A stretch of DNA of 64,000 bases from a virus. Below the pieces are notes generated by a model. The model had not been told where the DNA came from. It ran no database searches and was given only the letters and a program-made list of their open reading frames with translations. The stretch lies in IMG/VR virus record IMGVR_UViG_3300032294_002706, positions 65,693-129,692 of that record. One strand, written 5' to 3'. Shown here one piece after another: positions 19,665 to 30,104 of this stretch; the stretch's first letter is position 1; every line of letters starts with the position of its first letter. A program made the translations under genes and the position numbers.

Positions 19665-21209
19665 TTATCTGTTATTTTGTTCTTTTATAAAATCTGCGAA
19701 TCCCAATACCAATGAAGATTTCTTCTTTTTCTTTGGAGTGTTACCTCCAAGCGAAACGAATTTATCTCCTGATCCTATCGTATTTTGGGTAGGTGGAGTG
19801 ATTGGTCCCATTGAACCAATAGAACCTGGAACTTGTGGAGTTACTCCAGGAGCTGCACCGTCCTCAGTAACCGCTTTAGGTTTGGGTTCGTCAACTACCG
19901 ATGTGTCTAGGATAAAGAGTCTAGAGTAAGCATCAGCTTTCATTTCTCCTTCTCTGCCCTTAACTGCTTTACCTACTGCCTTAGCGGTAGTATTCAAAGT
20001 TTTAGCGTATAGCGTATGTAGGTGTTTACCGGTTTTAGCGAAAGCTTGTCCAGCCGCAGTATTGCCAGTAGTATCTTCACCAAATATGAGACCCATCAAA
20101 GCTTGAGAAGCTTTTCTGAACTTCATTATCTTTGTATCGTCTGCGATCTGCTTTCCTGTAACAGGTAGAGCAGTTCTTTCATATAATGGTAATTTCTTAT
20201 TGAAATCGTAATGAATTCCTTTGTATTTCTTTGTTTCAAAATCTTTGCTTTTGGCTCTTTCAATAAGGCTCTTTTGAATGCCGTCAACCATTCTAACTAA
20301 ATATTCTTTAGCTTCGTCCGATACGTCCGGAAATCCATTGATACTCACCTTTAGCGCGTTTGCTTCTCGGATGATATCAGACTCATTTGTCCAATTTGTG
20401 TACTGAAATTGAAAGATTCTTCTAATTATAGATGCTGTGTTCTTGTTAATGAATAGTCCGCTTTTTATGTCAGCTGACGTGCCTGCTCCCAACTTAGAGT
20501 CTATTTTAGTCTCGTATTCTTTGTCGGCTGCTTGGATACCAGCAGTAAGTTCGTCAGACATGTCGTCCGTGATTATCTCAGCTGTGTGAATTGCATCAAA
20601 TACTTCGCTTGCGGCTTCTTTCTGAGCTTCCTCAGTTTCAGCCTGTTCAAAATTAGCATAGGCTTGAGTTGCTCTTTTTGCTGGAAGTTTAATCTTTAAC
20701 GAAAATGCCTCCGCTAAATCGTCCTGCACCTTTTTAATTTTTTCGTAAATTTCTCCGCTAAAATCAGTTGTGCCTTTACTGTCTAATTTAGCATAAATCT
20801 TTTCAAGAACATGGATCCTTGCAACAAACGTAAGAATCTTACGACTTATTTCTTCGATTTCAACCTCATTGACTTCCTTTTTAGATAGGGCCTCTTCTAA
20901 ATTTTTACGGAATTCTGCAACTCTCTCGGTCAAGTACATGAAATAACTATCTAAAACCGCTTTCATTTTTGGATTACCGAAGTACTTATCAAAAGCCGGA
21001 TCGTCCTCGCCCATTGCAAAAAGAGCGTCCAATAGTCTATTGAGCATTTCGTTAGTATCCTCTTTGCTCTTGCCGTCTTCGCTGCCGGATTTCCGATCCT
21101 TGTCCACAAGATTATCGATCTGACCTCCAATTTGGATGAGGTCAGCTTCTAGAATCAGGCTTTGGATCGCCTGCAGTCTTTTTACTTTTAAAAACATATT
21201 AGGCTTCAA
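19665..21209 (-). CDS. hypothetical helical protein, probable virion component (start may be 21197)
   Basis: 514-aa ORF; C-terminal VLGFADFIKE. Confidence 0.55.
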   Translation of the reverse strand: MKPNMFLKVKRLQAIQSLILEADLIQIGGQIDNLVDKDRKSGSEDGKSKEDTNEMLNRLLDALFAMGEDDPAFDKYFGNPKMKAVLDSYFMYLTERVAEFRKNLEEALSKKEVNEVEIEEISRKILTFVARIHVLEKIYAKLDSKGTTDFSGEIYEKIKKVQDDLAEAFSLKIKLPAKRATQAYANFEQAETEEAQKEAASEVFDAIHTAEIITDDMSDELTAGIQAADKEYETKIDSKLGAGTSADIKSGLFINKNTASIIRRIFQFQYTNWTNESDIIREANALKVSINGFPDVSDEAKEYLVRMVDGIQKSLIERAKSKDFETKKYKGIHYDFNKKLPLYERTALPVTGKQIADDTKIMKFRKASQALMGLIFGEDTTGNTAAGQAFAKTGKHLHTLYAKTLNTTAKAVGKAVKGREGEMKADAYSRLFILDTSVVDEPKPKAVTEDGAAPGVTPQVPGSIGSMGPITPPTQNTIGSGDKFVSLGGNTPKKKKKSSLVLGFADFIKEQNNR

Positions 21210-21621
21210 ATTGTAGTAAGTATTTAGTCTTGTTAACTGAATCTAGAACTTCGTCAGTTAAATTGTATAGTTCCGAATCTTTATCTCTGTCGAATAGCTC
21301 GCAGAAAGTCCCTCTAAACGTAACTTCTACCATTTCAAAGAATTCACCAACTGCCATTTCGTAATCGCATACTTCAATAGCCGCTTCTCCGAATTTTAAC
21401 TGGTCCTTTCCGTATTTACCAGCGATCGCTTCAACGATTGTGTCCATTTGATCAATGAAACCCTCATAAAAAGCACCATAATGGCGATGCTCTCTGTCAT
21501 AACGCGTCTGCCAGTGAATTATTTTAGCCTGATCGGCAATTTGCATTAATGATAGCATGAAGTACGCAATTGATACGTTTTGGGATTCTCCAGCTTCAGG
21601 TAATTCTTCTAGTCCAAACAT
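21199..21621 (-). CDS. ferritin/Dps-like four-helix protein
   Basis: HWQT..EH..YG.FY...D.IVE..AG; start set at the TAATG overlap with the upstream ORF. Confidence 0.6.
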   Translation of the reverse strand: MFGLEELPEAGESQNVSIAYFMLSLMQIADQAKIIHWQTRYDREHRHYGAFYEGFIDQMDTIVEAIAGKYGKDQLKFGEAAIEVCDYEMAVGEFFEMVEVTFRGTFCELFDRDKDSELYNLTDEVLDSVNKTKYLLQFEA

Positions 21622-21803
21622 TATTTGTTGTGTGTTTTTTGTGACTTTTGCCATTTAGAAAATGGAGTTACCCAAAAATCTCGGTTCACATTCTTTTTCA
21701 AGTAATCGTAAACGTCATTTCCGGTAGGGTGCTGTAATACAGCGTTTCGTAAAGGTTCTTTGCCCTTACGATAATTTTCCAAATTTTTAAACGAGTTTTC
21801 CAT
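21621..21803 (-). CDS. hypothetical protein
   Basis: 60-aa ORF right after AATAAATA (21810-21817). Confidence 0.5.
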   Translation of the reverse strand: MENSFKNLENYRKGKEPLRNAVLQHPTGNDVYDYLKKNVNRDFWVTPFSKWQKSQKTHNK

Positions 21804-21906
21804 CTAAGTTATTTATTAAACATCACCATCATTCTTTCAAGCGAGCAGGTTAAAACTTTATCGGCTGGAGAGATATAATTAATAAACACCAAAACTGTAA
21901 TTACTG

Positions 21907-23478
21907 ATGAAGTTTGAAGAATTAACAAAGGAACAGGTATTACTAATTTCTGAAATTTACTGGAATAAAGAGTTAAGCTGGGATGACCGAATGAAACAAC
22001 TTAGCGATTATTTAGATAAATCAGAAAGAACTGTTCAAAAATGGTTAGCCAAGCTTGGAATAACCGAGAGTTCTGTTCAAGAATCTCCACAATTAATAAA
22101 GGCCAGAGAAAAAAAGTTCGATAAGAAAAAGAAGCGATTCCTAATCACTTGGGCTCAAAATGATACGCCAGTTCATGAGGCATTCGTTTCTAATCTAGAA
22201 GCCTATGCTCGCGAAATCAATGCGGACATTCATGTTATCGCTGGTCGATACAAAAATCCAACCTCTGTATTTACTGACAAGAACTACGAAACCTGGTCAG
22301 ACCGAATATTAGACTACTTGGATGCGAACCGTCATGAACTTCACAAACACATGTGGATCATGTCAGACGTAAAGATTCAGCCTACTGCCGTTGACCCAAT
22401 GACCTGTCTGCAAGGAATGAGCGGAATCAATTCATGCGTTTTTGGATCGCCTAAGGTACATTTAGAAACAATCCCAGTCCTTGAGGGTAATTTACCTAAA
22501 ATGATGCTCACGACAGGTGCATGTACTGTTAAAAACTACACGGATTCCAAATCCGGTAAAAAAGGAGAGTTTCATCATACTCTAGGATTCGCAATAGTCG
22601 AAATCAAGAATTCAGACGTATTCTTTGTTCGCCAAGTAACCGCGACTGAGGATGGTGATTTTTACGATCTTAACTATCGAGTTCAGTATGACGAAGACTC
22701 TTTTGAGAGTTCAGTTTCTAAAAACTCGGAAATATCTGCTGCAATTCTTGGAGATCTTCACTATGGTCAGCATGATGAAAGAGTGATTGATAAAACTCTA
22801 AAACTCTTCAAGACCTTGAAACCCGATCACGTGGTCTTGCATGACGTGTTTGACGGACTTTCAATAAATCACCATGAAAGCAAAGACCCATTCATTCAAT
22901 ACCAGAGAGAAGTCGACGGATCTAACCGATTACGTTGGGAGATAGACGCGATGCTTTCTGGATTAGAAGACTTTGCAGAATACGATGTTACTGTTGTTAG
23001 AAGTAATCATGATGACTTCTTAGATCGCTGGCTTAAGAGCACCGATTGGAGAAAAGCAACCACTCTTAAAAATTCTTTGGAGTACATGGAGTTCAGCACT
23101 CTATTACTAAAGGGAGAAGCTCCAAACGGAATCATTCCATATCTAATCAAAAAGAAATTTCCAAACTTTAGAACGCTAGGCCGAAGCGACAGTTTCGTGG
23201 TCAATGGCTGGGAGTTAGGTCAACACGGAGATATTGGATCGAACGGATCACGCGGGTCGCTTTTACAATTTAGAAAGTTAAATACTAAAGTAGTAGTTGG
23301 CCATTACCATTCTCCTGGCAGAAAGGACGGTGCATTAGCGGTCGGAACGTCAACCTTACTGCGAGTCAACTATAACGTAGGTCCTAGTGGTTGGTTACAG
23401 TCACACGTAATCATTCATAAGGATGCAAAAGCACAACATATTAATTTCATTAAGGGCGAATTTACGACCCTATTTTAA
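21907..23478 (+). CDS. HTH plus metallophosphoesterase protein, resembling T5 A1-type nuclease
   Basis: N-terminal LDKSERTVQKW HTH; GDLH, HDVFDG, SNHD, HGD, GHYH motifs. Confidence 0.65.
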   Translation: MKFEELTKEQVLLISEIYWNKELSWDDRMKQLSDYLDKSERTVQKWLAKLGITESSVQESPQLIKAREKKFDKKKKRFLITWAQNDTPVHEAFVSNLEAYAREINADIHVIAGRYKNPTSVFTDKNYETWSDRILDYLDANRHELHKHMWIMSDVKIQPTAVDPMTCLQGMSGINSCVFGSPKVHLETIPVLEGNLPKMMLTTGACTVKNYTDSKSGKKGEFHHTLGFAIVEIKNSDVFFVRQVTATEDGDFYDLNYRVQYDEDSFESSVSKNSEISAAILGDLHYGQHDERVIDKTLKLFKTLKPDHVVLHDVFDGLSINHHESKDPFIQYQREVDGSNRLRWEIDAMLSGLEDFAEYDVTVVRSNHDDFLDRWLKSTDWRKATTLKNSLEYMEFSTLLLKGEAPNGIIPYLIKKKFPNFRTLGRSDSFVVNGWELGQHGDIGSNGSRGSLLQFRKLNTKVVVGHYHSPGRKDGALAVGTSTLLRVNYNVGPSGWLQSHVIIHKDAKAQHINFIKGEFTTLF

Positions 23479-23492
23479 ATAACCTAACCCAA

Positions 23493-24788
23493 ATGATAGA
23501 TTCATCAAACATCCAATCCCTTGTAGGAAACCACGTAGCTCCTTACATTTACAATTCCAAAGAATTCATTCCTGGAAAAACTCCGATTTATTATTCTGGT
23601 CCCTATTGGGACAACTGTGAAATTGAAGCAGCAATAAACGCTTTCGTAAACGGTAAATGGATAACTACTGGTGAGAATGTTTTTAAATTTGAGCGAGCCT
23701 TTTCTCGTAGATTTAATGTGAAACATTCGTTAATGGTTAATTCAGGTTCTTCTGCGAACCTAGTGTTAATCACCGCATTAAAAACTAGATTCGGTTGGGA
23801 AGATGGAGATGAAGTGATCGTTTCGCCTGTTGGATTTCCAACCACAATTTCGGTACTATATCAGAACCGGCTTACTCCGGTTTTTGTCGATATTGAATGG
23901 GATACTCTTAACTTTGATGTTGATAAAATCAAAGAAAAGATTAACTCGAAAACCAAAGCAATCTTTGTTTCTCCAGTACTTGGAAATCCTCCAGATTTTG
24001 ATAAATTGCTTGATCTTTGCGAAAAATACGGACTCTTGTTAGTTGGAGACAACTGTGATAGTTTAGGTTCAAAGTGGAATGGCAAGTATCTTAATGAGTA
24101 CTACATTGCATTCTCAAATTCATTTTATCCAGCTCACCACATTTCAACTGGAGAAGGTGGAATGGTTTGCACTAATGACGATGACCTTAAAAAGATAATG
24201 ACCAGCGTTGCGTGGTGGGGAAGAGACTGTTATTGCGTAGGTTCCGCAAATCTTTTATCTTGTGGAACTTGTGGAAAGCGTTTCGATAAATGGTTAGACA
24301 CATACGATGGAATAATTGATCATAAATACGTGTTCTCAAATATGGGATATAATTTAAAACCATTGGATCTACAAGGAGCTATCGGATTAGAACAATTGAA
24401 GAAATTAGATGAAATTGAAGCTAACCGCAGAGTATCTCGTGATCGATTAACTGATATATTTACCGATAATATTGTAGGATTAAGAGCACCAAGCGTATTA
24501 GATAATGCGGATCCATGTTGGTTTGGAACACCATTCATTTGTGATGACCCATCTAATCCTGACCTAAAACAACGCTTAGTACAATACTTAGAAGATAATA
24601 AGATTCAAACTCGTAATTACTTTGCTGGCAATATTTTATTGCATCCTGGATACTCTCATCTAGGAAACTCAGCAGAATTCCCTGAATCCAATAAAGTGCT
24701 AGACAAAGTATTTTTCATTGGGGCTGCACCTCACTACACTGAACCCGTATTTGAATATGTTGAACAAATAGTAAAGAATTTTAAATGA
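23493..24788 (+). CDS. rfbH: CDP-4-keto-6-deoxyglucose-3-dehydrase (RfbH/DdhC; DegT family)
   Basis: VNSGSSANL, DNCDSLG, SFYPAHHISTGEGG, WGRDCYC, DHKY. Confidence 0.85.
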   Translation: MIDSSNIQSLVGNHVAPYIYNSKEFIPGKTPIYYSGPYWDNCEIEAAINAFVNGKWITTGENVFKFERAFSRRFNVKHSLMVNSGSSANLVLITALKTRFGWEDGDEVIVSPVGFPTTISVLYQNRLTPVFVDIEWDTLNFDVDKIKEKINSKTKAIFVSPVLGNPPDFDKLLDLCEKYGLLLVGDNCDSLGSKWNGKYLNEYYIAFSNSFYPAHHISTGEGGMVCTNDDDLKKIMTSVAWWGRDCYCVGSANLLSCGTCGKRFDKWLDTYDGIIDHKYVFSNMGYNLKPLDLQGAIGLEQLKKLDEIEANRRVSRDRLTDIFTDNIVGLRAPSVLDNADPCWFGTPFICDDPSNPDLKQRLVQYLEDNKIQTRNYFAGNILLHPGYSHLGNSAEFPESNKVLDKVFFIGAAPHYTEPVFEYVEQIVKNFK

Positions 24789-26056
24789 TAATAATTTTAG
24801 GAGACGGATTACTTGCAACCGAAATCGTTAAACAAACTGGTTGGACCCAAGTATCTAGAAACAAGGATGGATTCGATATTACGGATGTTTCTACTTGGAA
24901 AAATCTGTTAGACGGTGCAACCTCCATTGTTAATTGTATTGCCTACACTAATACCTATGACTCTAATAGAGATCCGAATTGGCAAGTTAATGTAGTTGGT
25001 GTAAAATCACTAATTGACTTCTGTAATCAGCGATCAATTAAATTGATCCACATTTCAACAGATTACGTTTATACTGGATCGGTAAGTCAAGCCTCAGAGA
25101 CTGATGTACCAGTTCATTTGCCTACATGGTACGGCTATTCTAAATTGGTCGGAGATGCATTAGTACAGTTAGAATCAGCAAATTACTTAATATGCAGAGA
25201 GTCTCATAAGCCATATCCATTTCCATACGATAAAGCATGGAATGATCAATTGACTAATGGTGATTTCGTAACAACTATCGCAAGAATAATCATTGATCTA
25301 ATTAATAAAAAAGCTACCGGCCTCTACAATGTCGGTACTGACTTGAAAACATGGCACTCACTAACGACTGAAGAGTTTAATACTGATCCAATTGGACGAC
25401 CGAGTTTTGCACCAGCTGATATTTCAATGGATATTTCTAAACTGAAAGGATTTCAAAATCAAATCAGCAAAGAATTAGTTATTGCTGCTTACGATAGAGA
25501 CTATTCGTGGATTGATCAACTTGACTCAAACGTTAAAACAACCGTTTATAGGAAGGGCGAGCTCGTCCCACCTAGTGAATCTGAGATTTATATTTCAAAT
25601 AATGTGGGTAGAGATGTGCATACTTTCTTTTATCATATAGTCAATCGATATGATAGCTTGGCCGATTTCACGTTCTTCTCTCAAGATTATCCATTCGACC
25701 ATGTTGCAAATTATATAGATTTAATTAATGGAGACTTTTTAAATTGGACAGCCGATGCCATGTATCAAAATGAAGAAATTTGGTTTTTTGATACGACTTA
25801 TAGAAGAATCTTGGAGACCGATAAATTTGGAAATCCCCATCATGCAGGTTTAGACCTAGAACCGGTTTGGGCAAAAATATTTTCCGAACCTTGCCCAGAG
25901 AGCCTTGGTTTTGTAGCGGCTGGCCATTTTTGTGCTTCTCGAAAGCAACTCCATAAGAAACCAAAGGAATTCTATGAAAAGATTCTTAGAATTCTAGAGG
26001 AGGATCCGCTTTCGCCATGGTGCATTGAACGTTTTGAAATTTACATATTCACATAA
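24785..26056 (+). CDS. RmlD-like sugar reductase fused to DUF3431-like domain
   Basis: ILGDGLLA, HISTDYVY, YGYSK; C-terminal VIAAY...NVGRD.HT..YHIVNRYD.LA. Confidence 0.7.
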   Translation: MIIILGDGLLATEIVKQTGWTQVSRNKDGFDITDVSTWKNLLDGATSIVNCIAYTNTYDSNRDPNWQVNVVGVKSLIDFCNQRSIKLIHISTDYVYTGSVSQASETDVPVHLPTWYGYSKLVGDALVQLESANYLICRESHKPYPFPYDKAWNDQLTNGDFVTTIARIIIDLINKKATGLYNVGTDLKTWHSLTTEEFNTDPIGRPSFAPADISMDISKLKGFQNQISKELVIAAYDRDYSWIDQLDSNVKTTVYRKGELVPPSESEIYISNNVGRDVHTFFYHIVNRYDSLADFTFFSQDYPFDHVANYIDLINGDFLNWTADAMYQNEEIWFFDTTYRRILETDKFGNPHHAGLDLEPVWAKIFSEPCPESLGFVAAGHFCASRKQLHKKPKEFYEKILRILEEDPLSPWCIERFEIYIFT

Positions 26057-26086
26057 AAAAAAGCTCCGAAAGGAGCTTTTTCTTTT
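26055..26086. terminator. bidirectional terminator between convergent genes
   Basis: AAAAAGCTCC-GAAA-GGAGCTTTTT. Confidence 0.85.
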
Positions 26087-27955
26087 TTAATCTTCAATAT
26101 GTATTATTGGTTCGGGATAGGATTCATCTGTTTCATTAGTCGTCACATTAGGATGATTAATACTCTCAGTTATTGATTCCATTAAATCCTTATTTAGGTT
26201 ATAGAATTCTGAATGGACTGATGACGGAGTGTATTCCTTATAGGTACCGTAATTCTTTTCTTTTATTGAATTTAAGATTGTCTCCGATACTGAGTCTGAT
26301 GCAATTTCAATTAATTTAGTATCTCTTTTAATGTTCAAGTTTCTTGATCTTTTCTTAGCCAATTCAAGTTGTAAAGCAATATCTTTTATTCTACTAGGCT
26401 CTGCTGCAATTGACAGCGGTTCGTATTGAGGTTTAATTGATTTAAGAATACTATCAACGTTTCCATCATTGATCACTACGTGTCCTGTAATATTATGAGT
26501 ATCACTTGCTACTAATTTATTAAGCGCATTATTCAATGTTTCCTTTTTAAATGGAAATCGTTTTGTCTGTTTTCCTGGATGAATGCAGACCAGAAGGGTT
26601 GGTACTCCAGTTTTTTCAGTTAATGCCTTTGCTGTTTTGCTATGGCCTTTGTGGATTGGCTGAAATTCTGAGATTAACAAATTTACCTTTTTAACTTTAC
26701 GTTGCTCTCCTTGTTGTAAATCATAAGTTTCGAAATAGCCTGGAGTCTTTTCATCTCCGACGAATTCACTGAATGATGGAAAATAATTCTCGTATAGTTT
26801 TTCTCCCATTGCAACCTGATTTAATTTCTCGATTTGGGAAATGAGATTAGCTTTCATTGAATCAGTAAATATCGGAGAATTGATTTTAACCTTCTTTTTA
26901 CGGAACGTATTGATGAAAACTCTGTATATTTCTTTGTAGTTAGGATTCTCTTGTAGGATAGGTATGACGATAGGATCGTTTATTAAGTTCGAGTTAATGT
27001 CAAATTCTTCTCGTTTCAAGAAGTCTGGAACTTGAATATCAAGATCACTGTACTTGTCTCCATATTCATGAATGAATTCTACGAATAGGTGATTAAGCAG
27101 AGATACGAATCTCTCTTCAACTGTTTCTCCAGAAATTGTGAATGATCTTAGGTCCGAAAGTCTGTAACTCTCAATGAAATTCATTAAGTCGCTCACGATT
27201 ATCCAAATGTAATCATCGCTCTTTTTACCAACTTGAGGTTTAGGTAAGTTCTTTGAATTATCGTAGAATACCGGATCCACTAATTTGGCCAGTATTGCCG
27301 AATCGTCCATTGTTGATTCATCATCGTAGAATCTAAATACCACTTCATCGATTGAACGATCGTCCACTGAATTTTGAGAATTTTCATCGACGGTTGGGCT
27401 AAGTATCGATATGAGATGCTTAGTGAATGATTCGGTCTTAAACTTCTCCGATAGCTTTTCCAATGGAGTAAAAATGAACTCTTGGATCTTTACCTGCTGA
27501 TCTTCAGACAACTTTCCTTGGAAAAGAATCGCTGGCTGATTAACGTTTAGGGATCCTGCCCATTTATTAAGTTCCTCCCTATCGTGAATTACGCTAGCTA
27601 TTTGATAATTCTCATCTAGGACTTTAATGTGGCTTATTGTTAGCGGATTCTCTCTACCTGAGGCATAATCAAATCCAAATACGTAATTTTCAGGTAATGA
27701 TTTTAGTATATCACTCCCAAGGCTCTCAAAATGTTTAACGCCTGGTTCGTAGTATTTACTAAGAACCCTGTCGATGTAGCTAATTTTGCTGTCCTTTTTA
27801 AAGAAGTTAAATTTATCTGTACTTGCATCTCTTTTTGCACCAAAGTAGGCGCCTTCTATTTTTTCGTTAATGATGACGGTTTTATTAAGGAGATTCTCCA
27901 AGAAGTCCTTGCCACGTTTTTCATAAACGTCTCTTAAATGTGATAGTCCTGCCAT
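26087..27955 (-). CDS. ligase-like N-terminal domain fused to HIGH-type nucleotidyltransferase-like domain
   Basis: INEKIEG, EVVFR, AKLVD; C-terminal FQPIHKGH. Confidence 0.5.
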   Translation of the reverse strand: MAGLSHLRDVYEKRGKDFLENLLNKTVIINEKIEGAYFGAKRDASTDKFNFFKKDSKISYIDRVLSKYYEPGVKHFESLGSDILKSLPENYVFGFDYASGRENPLTISHIKVLDENYQIASVIHDREELNKWAGSLNVNQPAILFQGKLSEDQQVKIQEFIFTPLEKLSEKFKTESFTKHLISILSPTVDENSQNSVDDRSIDEVVFRFYDDESTMDDSAILAKLVDPVFYDNSKNLPKPQVGKKSDDYIWIIVSDLMNFIESYRLSDLRSFTISGETVEERFVSLLNHLFVEFIHEYGDKYSDLDIQVPDFLKREEFDINSNLINDPIVIPILQENPNYKEIYRVFINTFRKKKVKINSPIFTDSMKANLISQIEKLNQVAMGEKLYENYFPSFSEFVGDEKTPGYFETYDLQQGEQRKVKKVNLLISEFQPIHKGHSKTAKALTEKTGVPTLLVCIHPGKQTKRFPFKKETLNNALNKLVASDTHNITGHVVINDGNVDSILKSIKPQYEPLSIAAEPSRIKDIALQLELAKKRSRNLNIKRDTKLIEIASDSVSETILNSIKEKNYGTYKEYTPSSVHSEFYNLNKDLMESITESINHPNVTTNETDESYPEPIIHIED

Positions 27956-27960
27956 ATTGG

Positions 27961-28569
27961 TTATTTATTAGGCTCAATGCCCAATAGCTTGCAGCATTCG
28001 TTATTAAATGAAACTACTGATGTTTCATCAAAGTGATTGAAAACGAAACTTAGTCCGTTATTTTTAGTAGTATCCGAAAGGCCTCTTAGCCCGGACTCTA
28101 TTAAGTTAGCCATTAACTGTTGTTCTTCAACCGTTGAGTGAGTGCCGTCCCAAGTGTCTTTGACTCTGCTTGAATCGCCAGTTTGACCAGCGACTGACAC
28201 GACCAGAGTTTTGGAATTTTTATAGAGATCCGAGCTTACAAGCTTAAGAAACTCAAGCTCAGCTCGACTTCGACCCAGTCGCTTTCTCAGTATTGCCCAA
28301 GTATAAGCAGATATGATAGCTCTGTCAAATATCCAAATTTTATCCTTGTATTCGGGTCGTAAGTTCATTTCCATAATGGTCATGATGTTACCTAAACTGA
28401 AATAGTGTAGTGCAGGAGTTGCATCAAGATCAACAAGATCAAGTGCCTTTACGTGATTCGCAAAATAGAACTTATAGTACTCGATTCTTGGATCCTTGTG
28501 AGTTTCAATGAATTGATTAATTAGGAACGTTTTGCCTGATCCCCTGGCGCCTTCTATTATTAGTAGCAT
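27961..28569 (-). CDS. dNMP/thymidylate kinase-like P-loop protein
   Basis: IIEGARGSGKT, IFDRAIIS; start moved to MLLIIEG. Confidence 0.7.
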   Translation of the reverse strand: MLLIIEGARGSGKTFLINQFIETHKDPRIEYYKFYFANHVKALDLVDLDATPALHYFSLGNIMTIMEMNLRPEYKDKIWIFDRAIISAYTWAILRKRLGRSRAELEFLKLVSSDLYKNSKTLVVSVAGQTGDSSRVKDTWDGTHSTVEEQQLMANLIESGLRGLSDTTKNNGLSFVFNHFDETSVVSFNNECCKLLGIEPNK

Positions 28570-29096
28570 AATAATTTTAATCTTTCTACTTTTGAAAATT
28601 TTTCTAGGGATCTTGCTGAATCCCAATCTATTTTAATTATTGTGCTCTTATCGACAAAAATGAAATCGACAGTAGCATTTAGTTCAGTATATAAAAAGTA
28701 AGAGGTGTACTTAATGATTTCCCAAAGAGAATCCTCAAATATCGTAATTGAGTCAGCTTCAGTAGTTTCTACCAATTCAATGACGGTCTCAGCCTTATCG
28801 CTTTCTCTTCCCAAGAAATAGGTTTTATCGAACCTAATATTATACTCAGAAAGTAGATCCAGAACAGCTGATTCGCAAGCTTTAACTCGATGAGTTATCA
28901 AGTAGTTAAGACAATTGTCTCCAGTTCTGTCAATTGTGTTTGAGATTCCTCTAATGTTGAACTTTTTTGAGAGTGATTCCGGCGAATCGAACCATTGATA
29001 GGGTTCCATGCCCTTAGCTTCACCGCATGTGTAACCTGGCACCCTAAATAAGGTTTCATCAAAATCAAATATGTTAATGTGTGGTCCGTTTTCCAT
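28560..29096 (-). CDS. HAD-family phosphatase
   Basis: FDFDETLF, LITHR, K, IFEDS. Confidence 0.7.
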   Translation of the reverse strand: MENGPHINIFDFDETLFRVPGYTCGEAKGMEPYQWFDSPESLSKKFNIRGISNTIDRTGDNCLNYLITHRVKACESAVLDLLSEYNIRFDKTYFLGRESDKAETVIELVETTEADSITIFEDSLWEIIKYTSYFLYTELNATVDFIFVDKSTIIKIDWDSARSLEKFSKVERLKLLCY

Positions 29097-29147
29097 AGGC
29101 TATTTTACTGATAAATAACTTAGTAGTTTTATCTAATATACTAAATA

Positions 29148-29615
29148 ATGAACAGAGTACTCAGACATACACGCGAACACATGGGCAACCGCTATCACCT
29201 TGTTAGGGAATGCGTGCAGGCTCAAAAACCTTTCGCGATCTATAATTTCACAAATTCCAAGCAATATAATCAATTTCTTTACGATTTGGACAACTACGGT
29301 AAGCTTAGTTACGTTTTACAGACAATCACTTCAGTTGACATGTCTAATAGAGTTAGACGAGTTTTTCCAAGCGTCTTTGTAACCAATGAAGGTACTGATA
29401 TTAACCTAGACCAATTCAAAGAAATGGTTAAAGGCTCAATAAAGCACTACAACTTAGACTCAATCGTATGCCTATACGACGGTGCTGTGTCGGTTTTTTA
29501 TAAGAACGGCGAACACCATGAAATTGGAAGCTCTCTATACGCTAGCAGTAGCATTCAGGAGTTTAACAGTGATTTTTATCAAATCGAAGGCATCTATTAT
29601 TGTTTTATCAGATAA
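29148..29615 (+). CDS. hypothetical protein
   Basis: 155-aa ORF; GATAAATA at 29110-29117. Confidence 0.55.
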   Translation: MNRVLRHTREHMGNRYHLVRECVQAQKPFAIYNFTNSKQYNQFLYDLDNYGKLSYVLQTITSVDMSNRVRRVFPSVFVTNEGTDINLDQFKEMVKGSIKHYNLDSIVCLYDGAVSVFYKNGEHHEIGSSLYASSSIQEFNSDFYQIEGIYYCFIR

Positions 29616-29647
29616 AACTTCGGTCAATATCTTGATAGAATATAAAG

Positions 29648-30088
29648 ATGGAAGAAACTACCCAAAAAAGAACGATTGCCGAAGTATTTAGAGATAAGCG
29701 AGAGCTCTTCTCCGGCGAAATTTACATAGGAATCAAGTTACTTGAAAACGTACGTAAGATTCCAGAAGCCCAAGTAACTTTCTTGAGCTTAAGACAGAGA
29801 ATGCTGGAAGAAAACCACACTCTGATCGAACACTTCACTCAGTTAAAAAAGACATATCGTGAGAAAAAGGGAGAAGAATGGGTTGATGCTTCAAAAAGTC
29901 ATCAAGTCAGATACAATTCCAATGAAAAGAACACGATAGTTGACGGTAAGACTGCCTCAATCAAGGAAAAGCTTGAACAGGTTGAAAACCAGATAGGATT
30001 CTATGCAGAATCAATCAAAACAATAGACGCTGTCCTCTTTGGGATCAAAACTCGTCTAGACGTTCAAAAGCTCCTTGATGGGCATTAA
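29648..30088 (+). CDS. uvsY: UvsY-like recombination mediator
   Basis: Helical protein ending IKTIDAVLFGIKTRLD; adjacent to uvsW as in T4-like phages. Confidence 0.55.
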   Translation: MEETTQKRTIAEVFRDKRELFSGEIYIGIKLLENVRKIPEAQVTFLSLRQRMLEENHTLIEHFTQLKKTYREKKGEEWVDASKSHQVRYNSNEKNTIVDGKTASIKEKLEQVENQIGFYAESIKTIDAVLFGIKTRLDVQKLLDGH

Positions 30089-30104
30089 AATTATTGACAC
30101 TTAA

